DNA from: Dicyema japonicum
Lineage: Eukaryota > Animalia > Dicyemida
Length of the DNA stretch: 64,000 nucleotides
NCBI GenBank assembly: GCA_011109175.1
Contig: RDEW01000083.1
Coordinates: forward strand, 75,364-139,363
Direction: 5' to 3'
A program made the position numbers and the translations under genes. Below, one piece after another: positions 13,819-25,816 of this stretch; position 1 is the first letter of the stretch; each line of letters opens with the position of its first letter. The notes below the pieces were generated by a model that saw only the letters and a list, made by a program, of their open reading frames with translations, was not told the DNA's origin and did not search any database.

Positions 13819-15284
13819 TTAATTTTTCTTTTTTTTCCTTAAAAATCCAAACTTTAAGGACTTATTCTCAGAGTTAACAGCTAAATTCATGTCCTCTAAG
13901 GGCTGACTGATGCCAAAACTAATATCTCCCTCTTCAAAAGCCAAATTGGCCGCCGATTTGGTCTCATTCGGTTCCTCGTAGTTCAGAGAGATCCCACAAA
14001 GTTCCCTGATGTGCCTCCACCGCTGCTTAAATTCCCTGAAGGACTCGTTGTAGTCTTCCGCAAATTTCCTGCAATCAATTTAATAATCTCACTTTGCCTG
14101 AATCATTTTCGTGTCGATTTCGTTAAAAGAGTTAAAATATCCGTATTTCAGCGCGGAAAATGCAGAGTTCGTCCGTTTTCGGTGAAATTTCTGAACCTAG
14201 ATGGTTTCTACCATGATTACCTGGTCCCGTATCGCTAGGACCTGCGAATCCACCTGCACCTTCAGATTCTTCACAAATTTGCACTCAATATCATATGTTC
14301 GAGATAGAAGAGTCTCCAACTGGTCACGTGTTGAACCCAGGAAGTCGATTCCGCATCTGGAAAACTCCGATTCCGTAGACAGATCGTTCATACTGCTATA
14401 ACCCCCAGAAACCACCTCTCAGTCTCCTTCAAAACTGATACCGCCTCTAATTCCTTCAGTTTTTGCTCGATCTTCTCATTCAGTTCAGACACGTGAGTCC
14501 TCTCCCGTTGGAACTTGGCGTTCTGGTTGTATGCAAAGTACATTCCTAGCACAGCTACTAGCAGAGAAAACGTCAGCACGGTGTCCTTTAGGAGACTTCC
14601 GCGATCTACCAATAAGTCAAAAATAACTTAGGGGGGACCCAAAAAGAACAACGTCGAGAGCCATCAATTGGAGGCGTTTCCGTGACTTGGGATTCGTGAT
14701 TCCCATAATCTTCGACTTGAAACTGACGTTGGTGGCCAACCGGGGGATATCTTTCCCAGAGATCCGGAACTTTTTGAAGATGTCAACGTACTGAGGTAGG
14801 TGAACGTGCTTTACCAACCATTCGAGAACCTGCGATTCAGTCCAGTTGTGAGCTTTTGGTTACAAGTCGGGGTACCCTCGGATGACTTCCAAAGATTCCA
14901 AAACTCCGTGACGGAAATGGAGGAGTCTGAGTGGTGGAAATCCGAAGACATTTTATCAGAATTCACGATGTTCAGCTCGTCTTTGAGGAACTGAGATAAC
15001 AAGCTAGAGTACGTCTTTAGTTTCGTTGAGTTCCAAGACTCCGTCGTGATCCTCGTCGATTTGACTATGGATGAGTTCGATAGCTAGATAGTTCAGCTTC
15101 TCTCGCATGCAATCCACGTCCTCTTCCAGACAACTGTCAAAAGGGTTACTTTTCAGATGATTTTTCTAAACTGATCAGCATTTAATGAATACAGGGGTGT
15201 CTAAGTCGTTGGTGACTGCTAATAAGTTAATTCAAGGATACCAGAATGAAGGGAGTGGTATAATATGAATAATAAAATTCTCAT
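13819..15284 (-). CDS. STIM: Stromal interaction molecule (ER Ca2+ sensor), 9 exons
   Basis: Eight GT-AG introns of 22-27 nt (15219-41, 15166-92, 14991-15012, 14853-75, 14606-27, 14393-415, 14197-220, 14069-92) give: signal peptide, EF loop DEDHDGVLELNE, SAM (HNWTESQVLEWL..VHLPQY...LQLMALDVVLFGSP), TM, SOAR (LETLLSRTYDIE...RWRHIRELCG) and polybasic end FLRKKKKN*. Confidence 0.93.
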
Positions 15285-16179
15285 AATTAAGTCATCAACA
15301 AACGTCAAATAGAGTTCAAATATTTTATCTAAAATTTAAACATTTCGTGAATTTTCTAAACTGTTTAATTTAATTTTAATTTAACTAAAAGTTTTTTAAT
15401 TCATATTTTAGTTAAAAAATGTCATTAATAAAATTTAATATTGAATTTTTTTATAAACAATTTAAAAATCAATTTGAAAATTTTGCCAGCATATTGGGAA
15501 AATTAATTTAATTTTGGAGGTAGTTTAATTTTGAATATTCATAAATTTTCAAATTCCGTATTAAATATCTGCGGTTTTTTGTTTAACAGAGCATCAACTA
15601 TTTTGGTTAATTGTCATTGCTGAAATTGACAGCTCGAAAATTCTCGATTAAAAATTATGCTTTACGTTCAATGACCCTTTTAGACGCCCCTAGTTATTAA
15701 TGTGCTACATCGCAAGTAATCTATACTAATAAGCGTTTTCACGTGAGTCTTAGTTCTTATAGCCCCGCATGTACAGCGTTAAACACAGTATTAAATGTCA
15801 ATCCCTTGCATGCTCCTCGATTGTTAAACAGTGATTAATAGTTCAACTTTCTTCTCAATGTCTTTAAGTCATCGGGAGATAAATTTTGGAGGGTTAATCA
15901 TAGCTATTATATTCTTAAATTTACATTTCAAGTGGATCATGGTTATAGGATAATTAAATTTTAGTAATCAATAATTAATTATTGTTAAAATTTAATTAAG
16001 TTAATTTTTTAAATTTCAAACTTTTAGTAACCACAGCTATGCCAATTTCATGACGAAGTATTTGTAAGCCATAAATTAATAACACCGTCATTTTCCCTTA
16101 CTTGTTCCTGCCAAAAATAAGCCCCGTCTAAGTCATTCCTTGAAGCAGTCCCCAATCCTTTGGAGGATCCTATCCAGGA

Positions 16180-16530
16180 TCATTGGGGGAATTTGACGAG
16201 AAGTCTTCCATGGCCATATTAGATGGGCCTTCCAGGTTCATTGGGAGAATTTGACGAGAAGTCTTCCATGGCCATATTAGATGGGCCTTCCAGGTTCATT
16301 GGGAGAATTTGACGAGAAGTCTTCCATGGCATATTAGATGGGCCCTCCAGGTTCATTGGGAGAATTTAACGAGAAGTCTTCCATGGCCATATTAGATGGG
16401 CCCTCCAGGTTCATTGGGAGAATTTGACGAGAAGTCTTCCATGGCCATATTAGATGGGCCCTCCAGGTTCATTGGGAGAATTGACGAGAAGTCTTCCATG
16501 GCCATATTAGATGGGCCCTCCAGGTTCATT
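16180..16530. repeat. 58-bp tandem minisatellite, about 6 copies
   Basis: Unit ttcattgggagaatttgacgagaagtcttccatggccatattagatgggccctccagg. Units are near-identical, two are 57 bp, and there are no spacers. Confidence 0.95.
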
Positions 16531-17439
16531 CTTAATATATGTTCAAAGAGCCTCTATTGAGCATTTAGAATTTACTGAGTTAATATTAATCAATTAGAAA
16601 TATCAGAAATAAATTAACTAAGTGATTTTTCCCCTTCGACATATTCTCTTCCTCTTTGTACTGGATGCATTTATTCTAACAGGCACCGTTGGAATAACAT
16701 GGTCATTTTCCATTATCAGCTCAAAGAATTAATTAGAATTCACGAATTGTGCTTGGTCTTGGCACGATGATGCATATAGTTACGATTAGACTATTTAGCT
16801 AAATGGTAAATTCGTCAGAAGGTTACGGTGGTGACGTACCGAATTCCATTTATCATGAAATTAAAATTACTCATAAAATCATCTGTCAGAGTCTGCACGT
16901 ATAGGATAATAGTTAATATTATTAATGGTCCCTCTGGCTGCTATCGATGACAAATTTAAGTGAAACAGGGCCATAATCTGATCTCGGCCTCCTCAACGTT
17001 TCCGACTGTTCGCCACAAGATCCGACGCATTTCCTGTACGCTCGTAATGCTTGTGGAAGCTTTGGAGGTGTCGTTTGGCACCCGTTATCCTCACATGAGC
17101 CTCGAATGCAGTTGACCTCAACAGCGATATGGAGAACCTCGTAGTAGGAGACGTCCAGTGCCTGGTTTGCATCAAAAAATCGTTATCCTCTATAATACAG
17201 CGAACGAGTTCCTACAATACCGGATATGGTTGACATGATGCTTGGAAGTAATGTGTCTCATCCCAAACGTGGAAACTGGATCACTTAGTTGAAGACTTCC
17301 TTTTCCCTTAACCCGGTGATCATGGGGAAACAAATAATAAGAGATCACCATCTCTACTATACGGGTTCCACAATAACACAAAAGTCATAAATGAGTGTTT
17401 TCAAACTCTAATAGTGATTATAGTTAAGTGGTACTCCAC

Positions 17440-17840
17440 ATGACAATGTCGAGAATTTCCCGACAAAACTCAGCTTTTCAGTTTCAATGTGAGAATTTTT
17501 ATTTCTAATTTTAGCGCAAATGAATGGGAGATGCATAATAAATGATTCTCTTCACTCCATTACATGGAGTATGGAATGATTTATAAAAAATAAAGACTCA
17601 AAAGCGCGAATAATCGAATCAGTAGAGTTCATTGAAAAGCAGATACAGGGACATCTCGTCCATGTTTTCGAAAGGAAGGGCTTTCATCCATTAGGAGATC
17701 TTAAAAGAAATCGTCCAGATCTTCTTGAGATCGATGTATCTCGAAACTAGCAACCATCACTTCTGCATCTCAAATATCCAGCAGACAATCTTAGAGACTT
17801 GAGAATGTAAATGTCCTCAACTTTTAGAACTGCGGAGTAA
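17440..17840 (+). CDS. Putative small multi-exon gene of unknown function, convergent with the E-protein gene
   Basis: Introns gtgagaatttttatttctaattttag (26 nt) and gtatggaatgatttataaaaaataaag (27 nt) join an open frame MTMSRISRQ...GRCIINDSLHSITWNSKARIIESVEFIEKQIQGHLVHVF. The 3' end is uncertain and no family was recognised. Confidence 0.35.
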
Positions 17841-17878
17841 TTGTGCAGCTAACAAGTTTATTTAAAGAAAATAATAAA

Positions 17879-18446
17879 TTAGGAATCATTCCCGCCAAAT
17901 TCTTTCTGTTTGAGCCTTTCGATGATTGCAATGGCATTCTTTAGGATGCTCAGCTTCGTTTGGGGTTTTTTTAGGGAAACAAACTCGTTACAAATCTTTC
18001 CAAGCTCAAAAAATGCAGTATTTATGTTTTTCACTCGATTTCTAATTTACTCAATTTCTTACCTTTCACGATTATTATTCGCCATCCTCTTAACATCATC
18101 ACACCAACTCGTCTTAGTATCCTTACTTCTAGAGCTATTCAAAAGACTAACCTCATTTTCTGAACACAGGGGACCTCATGCTTCTTTTCGTGGAAGTAAG
18201 AGATGTTCTTACTGTCTACAAATCAGTAAAATCGACCAACCAGAAATGGAGACTGGAAAACGCGTTAAATAGTCCTAAAGAATGTCAGCGAATATTACAT
18301 TATAATTCACATCAGAATATTGCTGATACCCAAAGCAGTTGAAAAGATCTCCGCCGGAATAGCCGACGTAGGGATTGGCCAACTAAAATAAGTTGCTTGC
18401 ATACTTGGTCACGTGGGATAACGTTGAAATTGTTGTTGTCCTTCAT
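17879..18446 (-). CDS. TCF3/TCF4/TCF12 (da): Class I bHLH E-protein (daughterless/E2A family), miniaturised, 6 exons
   Basis: Introns of 22, 24, 25, 23 and 21 nt (18383-404, 18275-98, 18216-40, 18129-51, 18042-62). The bHLH KRMANNNRERNRVKNINTAFFELGKIC...KKPQTKLSILKNAIAII matches E-protein [20 protein letters not shown]...DKPQTKL. Confidence 0.87.
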
Positions 18447-19689
18447 AATCCTAAAATGTAATGAAAACTAAAATGGCTGAGTAAATCGCTGATAAAATAC
18501 AGTAAGCTAAGAAATTTCGAATTTAACGGGGAATAAATTTATAACTCGTCAATTGGCACTAATTTTGACAAGATGGTGAAATGACAAGACCACGTGGGTC
18601 CAACTTGACTTGTCAAAGACACCATTAAATTTGTCAGTTTTCAATTTCTACCTCAGAAAGCCAGAACACCTGTCGGCCACTCAAGACCGTGGAAACAACA
18701 AATTTTATTTACTTGGTATTCTCGAGGCTAATTGCGCGTGTCTGACTCAGCTGGAGACGCATTAATAGTAAAGAACTAAAGTTGAATTTAAATACATAGT
18801 AATTAACCAATATTTATAAAATTTCAAAAAATCAATCAAATCCTAAAAATCGCTGGAAAAGTCGTAAATTAGACTGCACATTGAAAAATCTAATAAAATC
18901 CATCATTTTGTTAAGTCCCACTAAAATATGACCCCGGTTCGAAATTTGTTGACTAATTGCAGTCTGTTCGCTCACAGCTGGTTGTATTTAGTAATTATAT
19001 TGAAATAATTTATCAAGTGATTTTATTTTTTCAATTTTCTGAGTTTTGTGGAATGATGTCCTTATATACCAATAAATGTTAACTGTGACATGTTTATGCC
19101 TGAAATATCCAATCTAAGTTACACAAACTGTCACTTTTTATTAAAATTGGTTTAATTGCCAATTCTCTTCCACGGAACCTCACAAATATCGTTTGACTAA
19201 GTTGTTTTAGTGAGAGTTTTTGATTCCTTCCCCTAGTTAACCAAATTCGGTTGTAATGTGGAAGTTGTTATTTCTCGTTCTAAATGTTAACATGTGGGGG
19301 TTGAAATTATCAGTACCAGTGAAGATAATACTCCGATTTATAATGTGGTTCCGGAAGGGGGATGTGATACTGGATGCTATGTCGGCATCTGGATTTTTAG
19401 TAAGTGGTTAACTGGTCTGAAGGTTGGGGTGGTAACGTACCACTATTTCATTAAGTGTTCATTAGTTTTATGGTGGGCGAATCCTCAATGTCTTCTCGTA
19501 TGTATGGACGGGAACTCAAGAGTTATTAGAAACCAAAAATTTTAAACAAAGGAAGTGTCGGATGCTCGTAGGATCTGGGTTTGAATCTCCCCCAACCAAA
19601 AGAAATTGAAGGATCATCTCTCGAAGCTGCACATACAAGATGATAGTTAATGATTTATGCCGCGAGAATGAAATGGCTTAGTTCATAAT

Positions 19690-19915
19690 AATACTGCACT
19701 TTAAGCAGAGGGAGAACCAGAGAATGCTCTTCACTTTTTTTGTGGTGTGTGATTCTTTATAGATGATCCAGATAGGCAGTGAAGTGTTTACTGATGGCGG
19801 CGTCACTCGTCAAGCCAAAGCATCGTAGATGCGTGGACCCTTCAACAGGAAAGTACAGCAGCAAGATTCGAACTAGGGGACATTAAGCCTTTTGCCCGGG
19901 ATTCGTTACACAGCA
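19690..19915 (-). repeat. Dispersed repeat family (tRNA-like SINE or solo LTR), copy A
   Basis: Starts tgctgtgtaacga, has a B-box-like agttcgaatc and the core ccacgcatctacgatg...gacgagtgacg. It aligns with 44517-44700, 45085-45280, 53885-54068 and 57150-57352. Confidence 0.7.
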
Positions 19916-20960
19916 GTGAAAAGTTGACAAAATAGGACTCGTATGTTTACTACGTGACATATTCCATATCTGAATGAAAGAAAAATTTGAAACCTCTTTG
20001 TTTGCCCTAAATCACGCGGTGAAAGTGGAGGATCTCTAAGACAAACTTGTTATGATTGACTGTAGCAAAACAATAGTGCTACCATAAACGCTGTATTTTA
20101 TTAGTTCCTTCAATTTTCATCTTCTTAGTCCTAAACTTCAGTTATCCAATTATTCAGTTAGCCGTGTTGAAAGAGACGATGAAACGAGTATTTTGAATAA
20201 AAATTCTCTCAAAAACCATCTCTTTTGGGAATCAATAACAAACTCGCATGTTCATCTCAAAACATAGTCATCATTCAAGTTTCTCCAATTTTGCGCCAGT
20301 ACCGATTCGAATCAAAAATCGATATATCAAAAAAGAGTTAGTTAGTTTCTCGGACCTCACTGACATGTAGGAGACGGGATGTCATCAAGCGTAGCGTTCA
20401 GCTGAGACCGCTAGGCGCCCTCACATGTCCCTTAATGTAATTAATAAGGATTCGATCGATATTCACTAACCTAGTCAGGTGAGCCAAAAGACCCAAATAT
20501 CCAAAAATATAAAATTAGTAGAGGTAAATCGATAATTGAATATTTGGGAGGTTCACACATCTATAAGAATTAGGTTTGTTTGTCGGAATCGGGTATTGTT
20601 CAATCTAATAAATTCTCCCATGATAAGGATGTCAGTGATTCAGATTGAACTTTCAAATTTATCATTAAAACAAAAATCAGTAATAGGCAATAATCATATT
20701 TTAATAAATACATTCTTTAATTTAAAAAAAAACAAAAATTGATGCAAGAAGTGATTGATAATGAGAACGAAATATTTTTGCTGAGTTATTTTTCAGATCA
20801 AGTTTAAATGTCTGGGAATTCAGTTATCAGATAGTCGAATAGAGGAAGAATAATATTTTTCTCCTGTTATACCTCTGAATATTGGTTTTTATAAATACAA
20901 GAAAAAATAAATTTTTCATTAAAATTGATAAACAATTAAAACAAATTTAATAAAATAAAA

Positions 20961-21046
20961 TAGCCCGAACGGGATTCGAACCCGTAACCTTCGCATGGCT
21001 TAACTGCTTTATAAGTACGACGCGCTAACCGTTGCGCCACCGGGCT
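20961..21046 (-). tRNA. trnI-TAT: tRNA-Ile(UAU) with a 13-nt intron
   Basis: Acceptor AGCCCGG/TCGGGCT, D-arm TGGCGCAACGGTTAGCGC, anticodon stem TCGTA/TGCGA with loop CT-TAT-A, intron aagcagttaagcc (20997-21009) after position 37, T-arm ACGGG-TTCGAAT-CCCGT, then an oligo-T terminator. Confidence 0.93.
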
Positions 21047-21365
21047 GTCAAAAAAATTGGAAGTACTCTAATAAGTTTACCTTTTGAATGATATAAGGAA
21101 TCTCCATATCGATGATTACTTCTCGAACATTCCATAACAATAGTCTTAGATCCGGTTAATCTTTGCTAGTTGGTCACACAAGGTGAAATAGGGAGCAGTC
21201 CTCAGGACATATACAAGCCTATGTACGTTGAGACTGTTTTTCAGAAGGAATAATGCTGTATGCATGTCAAGTAGACACAAGCAGTCCAGCGTCTTTCCAT
21301 GTAACAGTCATTTCCCATTGCATTTATGGTAATTGGGGATCCGAGGAATATAAATTCCTCATCGG

Positions 21366-22140
21366 GTGTGGAAATGTGGAAATATCTTGAGCCCGCTGTT
21401 GTTCAATATATTCTTGTCAGACTTCCCAGTTCAACCAGATATGAACACCAAGATGTTGATATACGCGGATGACATTCTAATCATGGATACTTCTGGAAAA
21501 TCCACTTTATCGGAAAATAGAATCAGGCTATTCGTCGATCAAGTTCAGGACTGGTGCTCCAAGAGAGGGATGACACTATCTACCGAGAAATCGAGCCATG
21601 AGAGTCAGTTGCCTATGAGGCATAGTGTACAGCCTTATTCACTCGGCATCCCAAAAGTGAATTCAATTCGCTACCTCAGGATAGTCATCGATGGAGAAGG
21701 TTCCTTCATGGAAGATATCAGACGAAGAAGGAAGAAAGCGCTGCAAGCGCTTTTCTGTACAAAAAAGCTATCCGTAAGCTTGGAGACCTCCCTGTTTGTT
21801 TTCACGAGAGTTATTCTGCCGAACTATTGTATGGATGCGAAACATGGTTTTTACTCACGCCATAGAGATAGAATTATACTACTCATGAAAAATCAAAAAA
21901 GTCAGCAATAAAGCTGGCTTTGGGGAAAAAACTATTCAACACCCTCAGTATAGAAGAAGATAAAATTCTTACTCTTGTGAGATACATTGTGGAGAAGAGG
22001 ATCGATGGGATCCACCGATAGGATAATAAGAAAATGGAGATGAGGTACGTCGAAAGAGTCCAGGCCGCATAGGCGGACTCGCATAAACCTCTTAATTAAC
22101 TCCTATAATTCGCTTAAATAAAGATTGGTTTGGTTTTGGA
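21366..22140 (+). mobile_element. 5'-truncated LINE reverse transcriptase remnant (non-RTE clade)
   Basis: ILSPLLFNIFLSDFP, LIYADDILI, WCSKRGMTLSTEKS and IRYLRIVID. Confidence 0.75.
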
Positions 22141-22431
22141 AATACTTCCAGGCAGTAAATTTCCGAAAATAACAAAGTTTCTCTTCTGCTAGTCCGCAAT
22201 GTAGATTTCGCATTTACTGCAATTTAATTACAGTCCAGCTTCCAACAGTGCTAGAATTATCACTTCCAATTTTCGAAAAACAGTATCCGGGGTCCTCCGA
22301 GGACCGCATCATCCAGACAACATAAGGTAAGGGGCAAGCGTGGAAGTTTGGTGATATTTTCTATTGCAAGACAAAACAATAGGGATCCAAGGAAATCTCC
22401 TGTTGCACTCCAGAATACAAATGGATTAGGT

Positions 22432-23150
22432 CAGGGGTGTCAAACATGTGGCCCTCAGGCGGACCTTGACAAGATAAGTGCGACTCGATTTAATGACTAT
22501 AAAACACAAAAAATTATTTTTTTATTTTTTACTTCTAATTAGATTTTTTTCTTAATCTTCACGTGGCCGCATAGCGCCATATGTGGCAAGTTTTGTCAAA
22601 AATTATTTTCCCTCCCTTTGATGGCGTCATTGGATTCATCTTACTGAGAAGACGCCCAATGCTTGTCCGACATCAAGAGGGTCCACTATTCTATCCCCAG
22701 GGACAATGTCGTTACTGGAGACAAGTTTCTGTACCAAAAAATACATTGTTTAATATGTAACTAGTTTATTGCTATACCGAACGAATACAACCTAAAAAGG
22801 CATTACCAATCTAATCATCGATCATACAATTATTTCGATGGCATTAAGTTGCTTATTAACCAAAATTGTTTAATGCGTGTTTTAAATATAAATGAATTGC
22901 GAAGAGCTTTAACTACGTTACATAATCATTACACAAAAAAATCATAATAGAAGTACTGCATCAGTTACTGCAAACTATGAAATTATCAGAATGCTTGCAA
23001 TGAATGGAAACTCATATTGCGATGGTGATTTCATCAAGCAATGTCTTGTAAAAACAGACAAAAATTATTTGTCCAGACGACGCCCATTTGTTTAAAGATA
23101 TTTATTAACCAAAAACACTGTCACCGAACACATTAATGAAATGTCTTTGA
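22432..23150 (+). mobile_element. hAT (SPIN/GTF2IRD2-like) remnant with left terminus
   Basis: Terminal CAGGGGTGTCAAACATGTGGCCC. Coding remnant ASVTANYEIIRML...DGDFIKQCLV...ICPDDAHLFKDI...NTVTEHINEMS. Confidence 0.7.
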
Positions 23151-23281
23151 ATCGAAAAATAAAATGAGATCTTTATTATATCAAAGCTAGATTGGGAATT
23201 TCCAAAACAGGTTAAACTCCAAGTTAGTGGATCGTAAAGTTAATAAATAATTTCTAAAAAAGAGTTATCACAGTTTGACCA

Positions 23282-23700
23282 GTGGATCTCGATCGAGGAG
23301 ATGGAAAGAGACCTGACAGGATGACCCTCTTCCCTTACATAACCAGAAGATCTTTTGTCTGGGACGCAACTTGTGTTGACACATTTTCAAGCACGAATTT
23401 TTTCAAATCGGTTCAGACACCTGGAGAAGCTGCTTCGACCGCGGAAAACCTAAAAATCAAGAAATATTCTTGCCTCGGGACCGGTACCGATTTTACTCTT
23501 GTTGCGGTCGAGTCATCGGGAGCCGTTGGTCGAATGACGGCTGGGTTCTTGCGCGAACTCGGAAAAATGCTTGCCAGAAAAAAAGGGATCAAGGAGAAAA
23601 ATTACGATCGAGACAAAAGATTGGAATAACCATACTCTGAGGGAACTCGATCGCAATCCACGCAGCCGGCTTTTTCAGCTAACATTTGTTTATTTGTTAA
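23282..23700 (+). mobile_element. CRE-like RLE 3' fragment
   Basis: LDRGDGKRPDRMTLFPY...VWDATCVDT...AENLKIKKY...AVESSGAVG. It is near-identical to 30534-30950 and shares the 3' UTR catttgttta. Confidence 0.82.
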
Positions 23701-24025
23701 ATAATTTTTACATTAATAAAAAGTGTTATAACAAAATCTTGGGTAAATTAGACTTTAGTGTCCACGTATTCAAGCCTGGCCTCCAAGTTAGAAAAACTAG
23801 AAATGCTAAAATGATATTTTAGGAATCAATTTGGTGATAGGGAATCGTTGACAGATTGAAAAAAAGTATTACACAAAGATAGATCGGCCACAGAACAGAA
23901 TATACTAAAACGTCTCCGTTTGTTTTTCTCTTACCTCTGTTATGTCTTCCAATCAGCGTTTCACCATCGTTCCGTCTTAGACATAACAAGAGGGACATCA
24001 CAGCTTAAACAAAAAGAAAGTCATA

Positions 24026-25615
24026 TTAGTAAACCATTAAAGTATCGATCAAAATAATAATCCAAGTAATTAATTTATATTTTTTCATTTGATAGTAATA
24101 ATCACCAAAATAAAAATATTCCTTTAAAATGATTAAATTAAAAACCTTAAAAGACGTATAAATAATAATTTCTCTAACTTTCGCCATGCACTCCATATCA
24201 GAATCATGTTGACAATATTCTAGTTTTTCCATTAAATGATAAACACGAGGATCTAAATCACCGAGAGTTGGATCAAATTTGTCGAGAAAACTCAAACACA
24301 CATTCCAATACATGATATCTTTTATACATATCGTGTTTCCGCAATATTTCACTGAAAATTTCGACAAGTCTGTAAATATCAAAATAGCATTCATATGACG
24401 GTAATGAGTTATCGAAAACAATTTCCATCATTTTTAATATTATAAAAGTGAGATGTTTATCAGCCTACATTTAATACCAATTTCACTGATATGAGCTTTT
24501 CATATGACTTTATGAAGCATCCAGATTCGTGTATATTAAAAACATATTCATCATATTCAGCAATTGAATGTATAATTCTGAATATATCAGGAAACAAGTC
24601 TGTGTATTCTAATTCGTTTTCTTTAATGTTATTAAAATTCCGTTATCCACAAAAATCTAAATTAATAACTCAAAATACTTCCATTAGATCTTCACAAATT
24701 CGCATATGATTAATTATTGATAATATTAGTTTAACATATTCATAATGTAAGGAATTAAGTAAACCAAGAATCCTGGATGAGAGATCTGCACAAATTCTAA
24801 TGACTGCTAACCATATTCAAGAAAGAGGTCATCGAACATATCATTTTTCAAACGATTTTCGGACAATACCATTAGACTATACAACACCACAATCGAGTCA
24901 TCCATAGATAGCATAATCTTTATCGGTGGACCGCATAAATAAATAAATTCTTCATATCCATATTGATGTTTCATGTAATAATTGTGAAACACTCGTGCAG
25001 CGATCTTCATTGTGGATTCTAAGTAAGAAATCACATAAAACTCTCTGTGGTTCGTGAAATTAATTTTAACAATGGTTCTTGAATTTTCGAAGAAATACTA
25101 AGATCCATATACTTCAAGATGCTTCCTAAAAATTAAATACACGGTCACCACAAATATTTCCTAAAGTCCAAAGAGCCTGATTTTTCAACCTCAAGTCTTG
25201 TGAGTCAAGTAAAGAGGTCAAATTCTGGATAATATTGATATCAATGACGCTATGTTGATTCTCGGAAAAGCTTGGCACCAGATTCGACACCGCACAAAGT
25301 GCCTGGTATTGTAGAGTTGGTGAGTCGAATCGAGAAATGCACTGAATTATGACTGGAAGAGAATTCGACTCCAAAATTGTCTCGGTTGGGGGATTTTCAT
25401 CTGTCAAACATAACAAGATTTTTTCTATGCTTTCTGTAAGCATTTCTGTGTTTTGTTCTGACAAACTATGCAAAATTTGTTGTAGTTCTTCAACCTTTAT
25501 TAATCACATAAATCTTTACTGTCGGCATGTCCGTAACTTTGGTGAGAGTTATATAATCTCTTGATAACATTTGGACAGAAACAACTGGTAATATAGGAGT
25601 CTCAGTTATATCCAT
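24026..25615 (-). CDS. Divergent importin-alpha-like ARM-repeat protein, apparently without an IBB domain
   Basis: ENPPTETILESNSLPVIIQCISRFDSPTLQYQALCAVSNL...LLDSQDLRLKNQALWTLGNICG are importin-alpha ARM1-3, and MEKLEYCQHDSDMECMAKVREII resembles the C-terminus. Introns are 22-26 nt. One frame break lies near 24635, and the 3' exon structure is uncertain. Confidence 0.68.
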
Positions 25616-25816
25616 TTTTTAAAATCTAAGATCAGTTCTCCTTCATCCATCAATAATATCATAAGTTTCGTTACTTATATTTAAATTAGGTTAATGAATA
25701 TAAACGTCGTCATATATGGGTCAATATTGCTCTTATATTATGTTTTCTATAATATGTATGTGTTGTCTAGTTGTCCCACATTGGAAACATTTACCAATCA
25801 CATACTTATAGTTAGT

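Noticed and set aside
16180-16530. Possible CRISPR array
   Set aside because: The units are contiguous with no unique spacers, no cas genes are present, and the context is eukaryotic.
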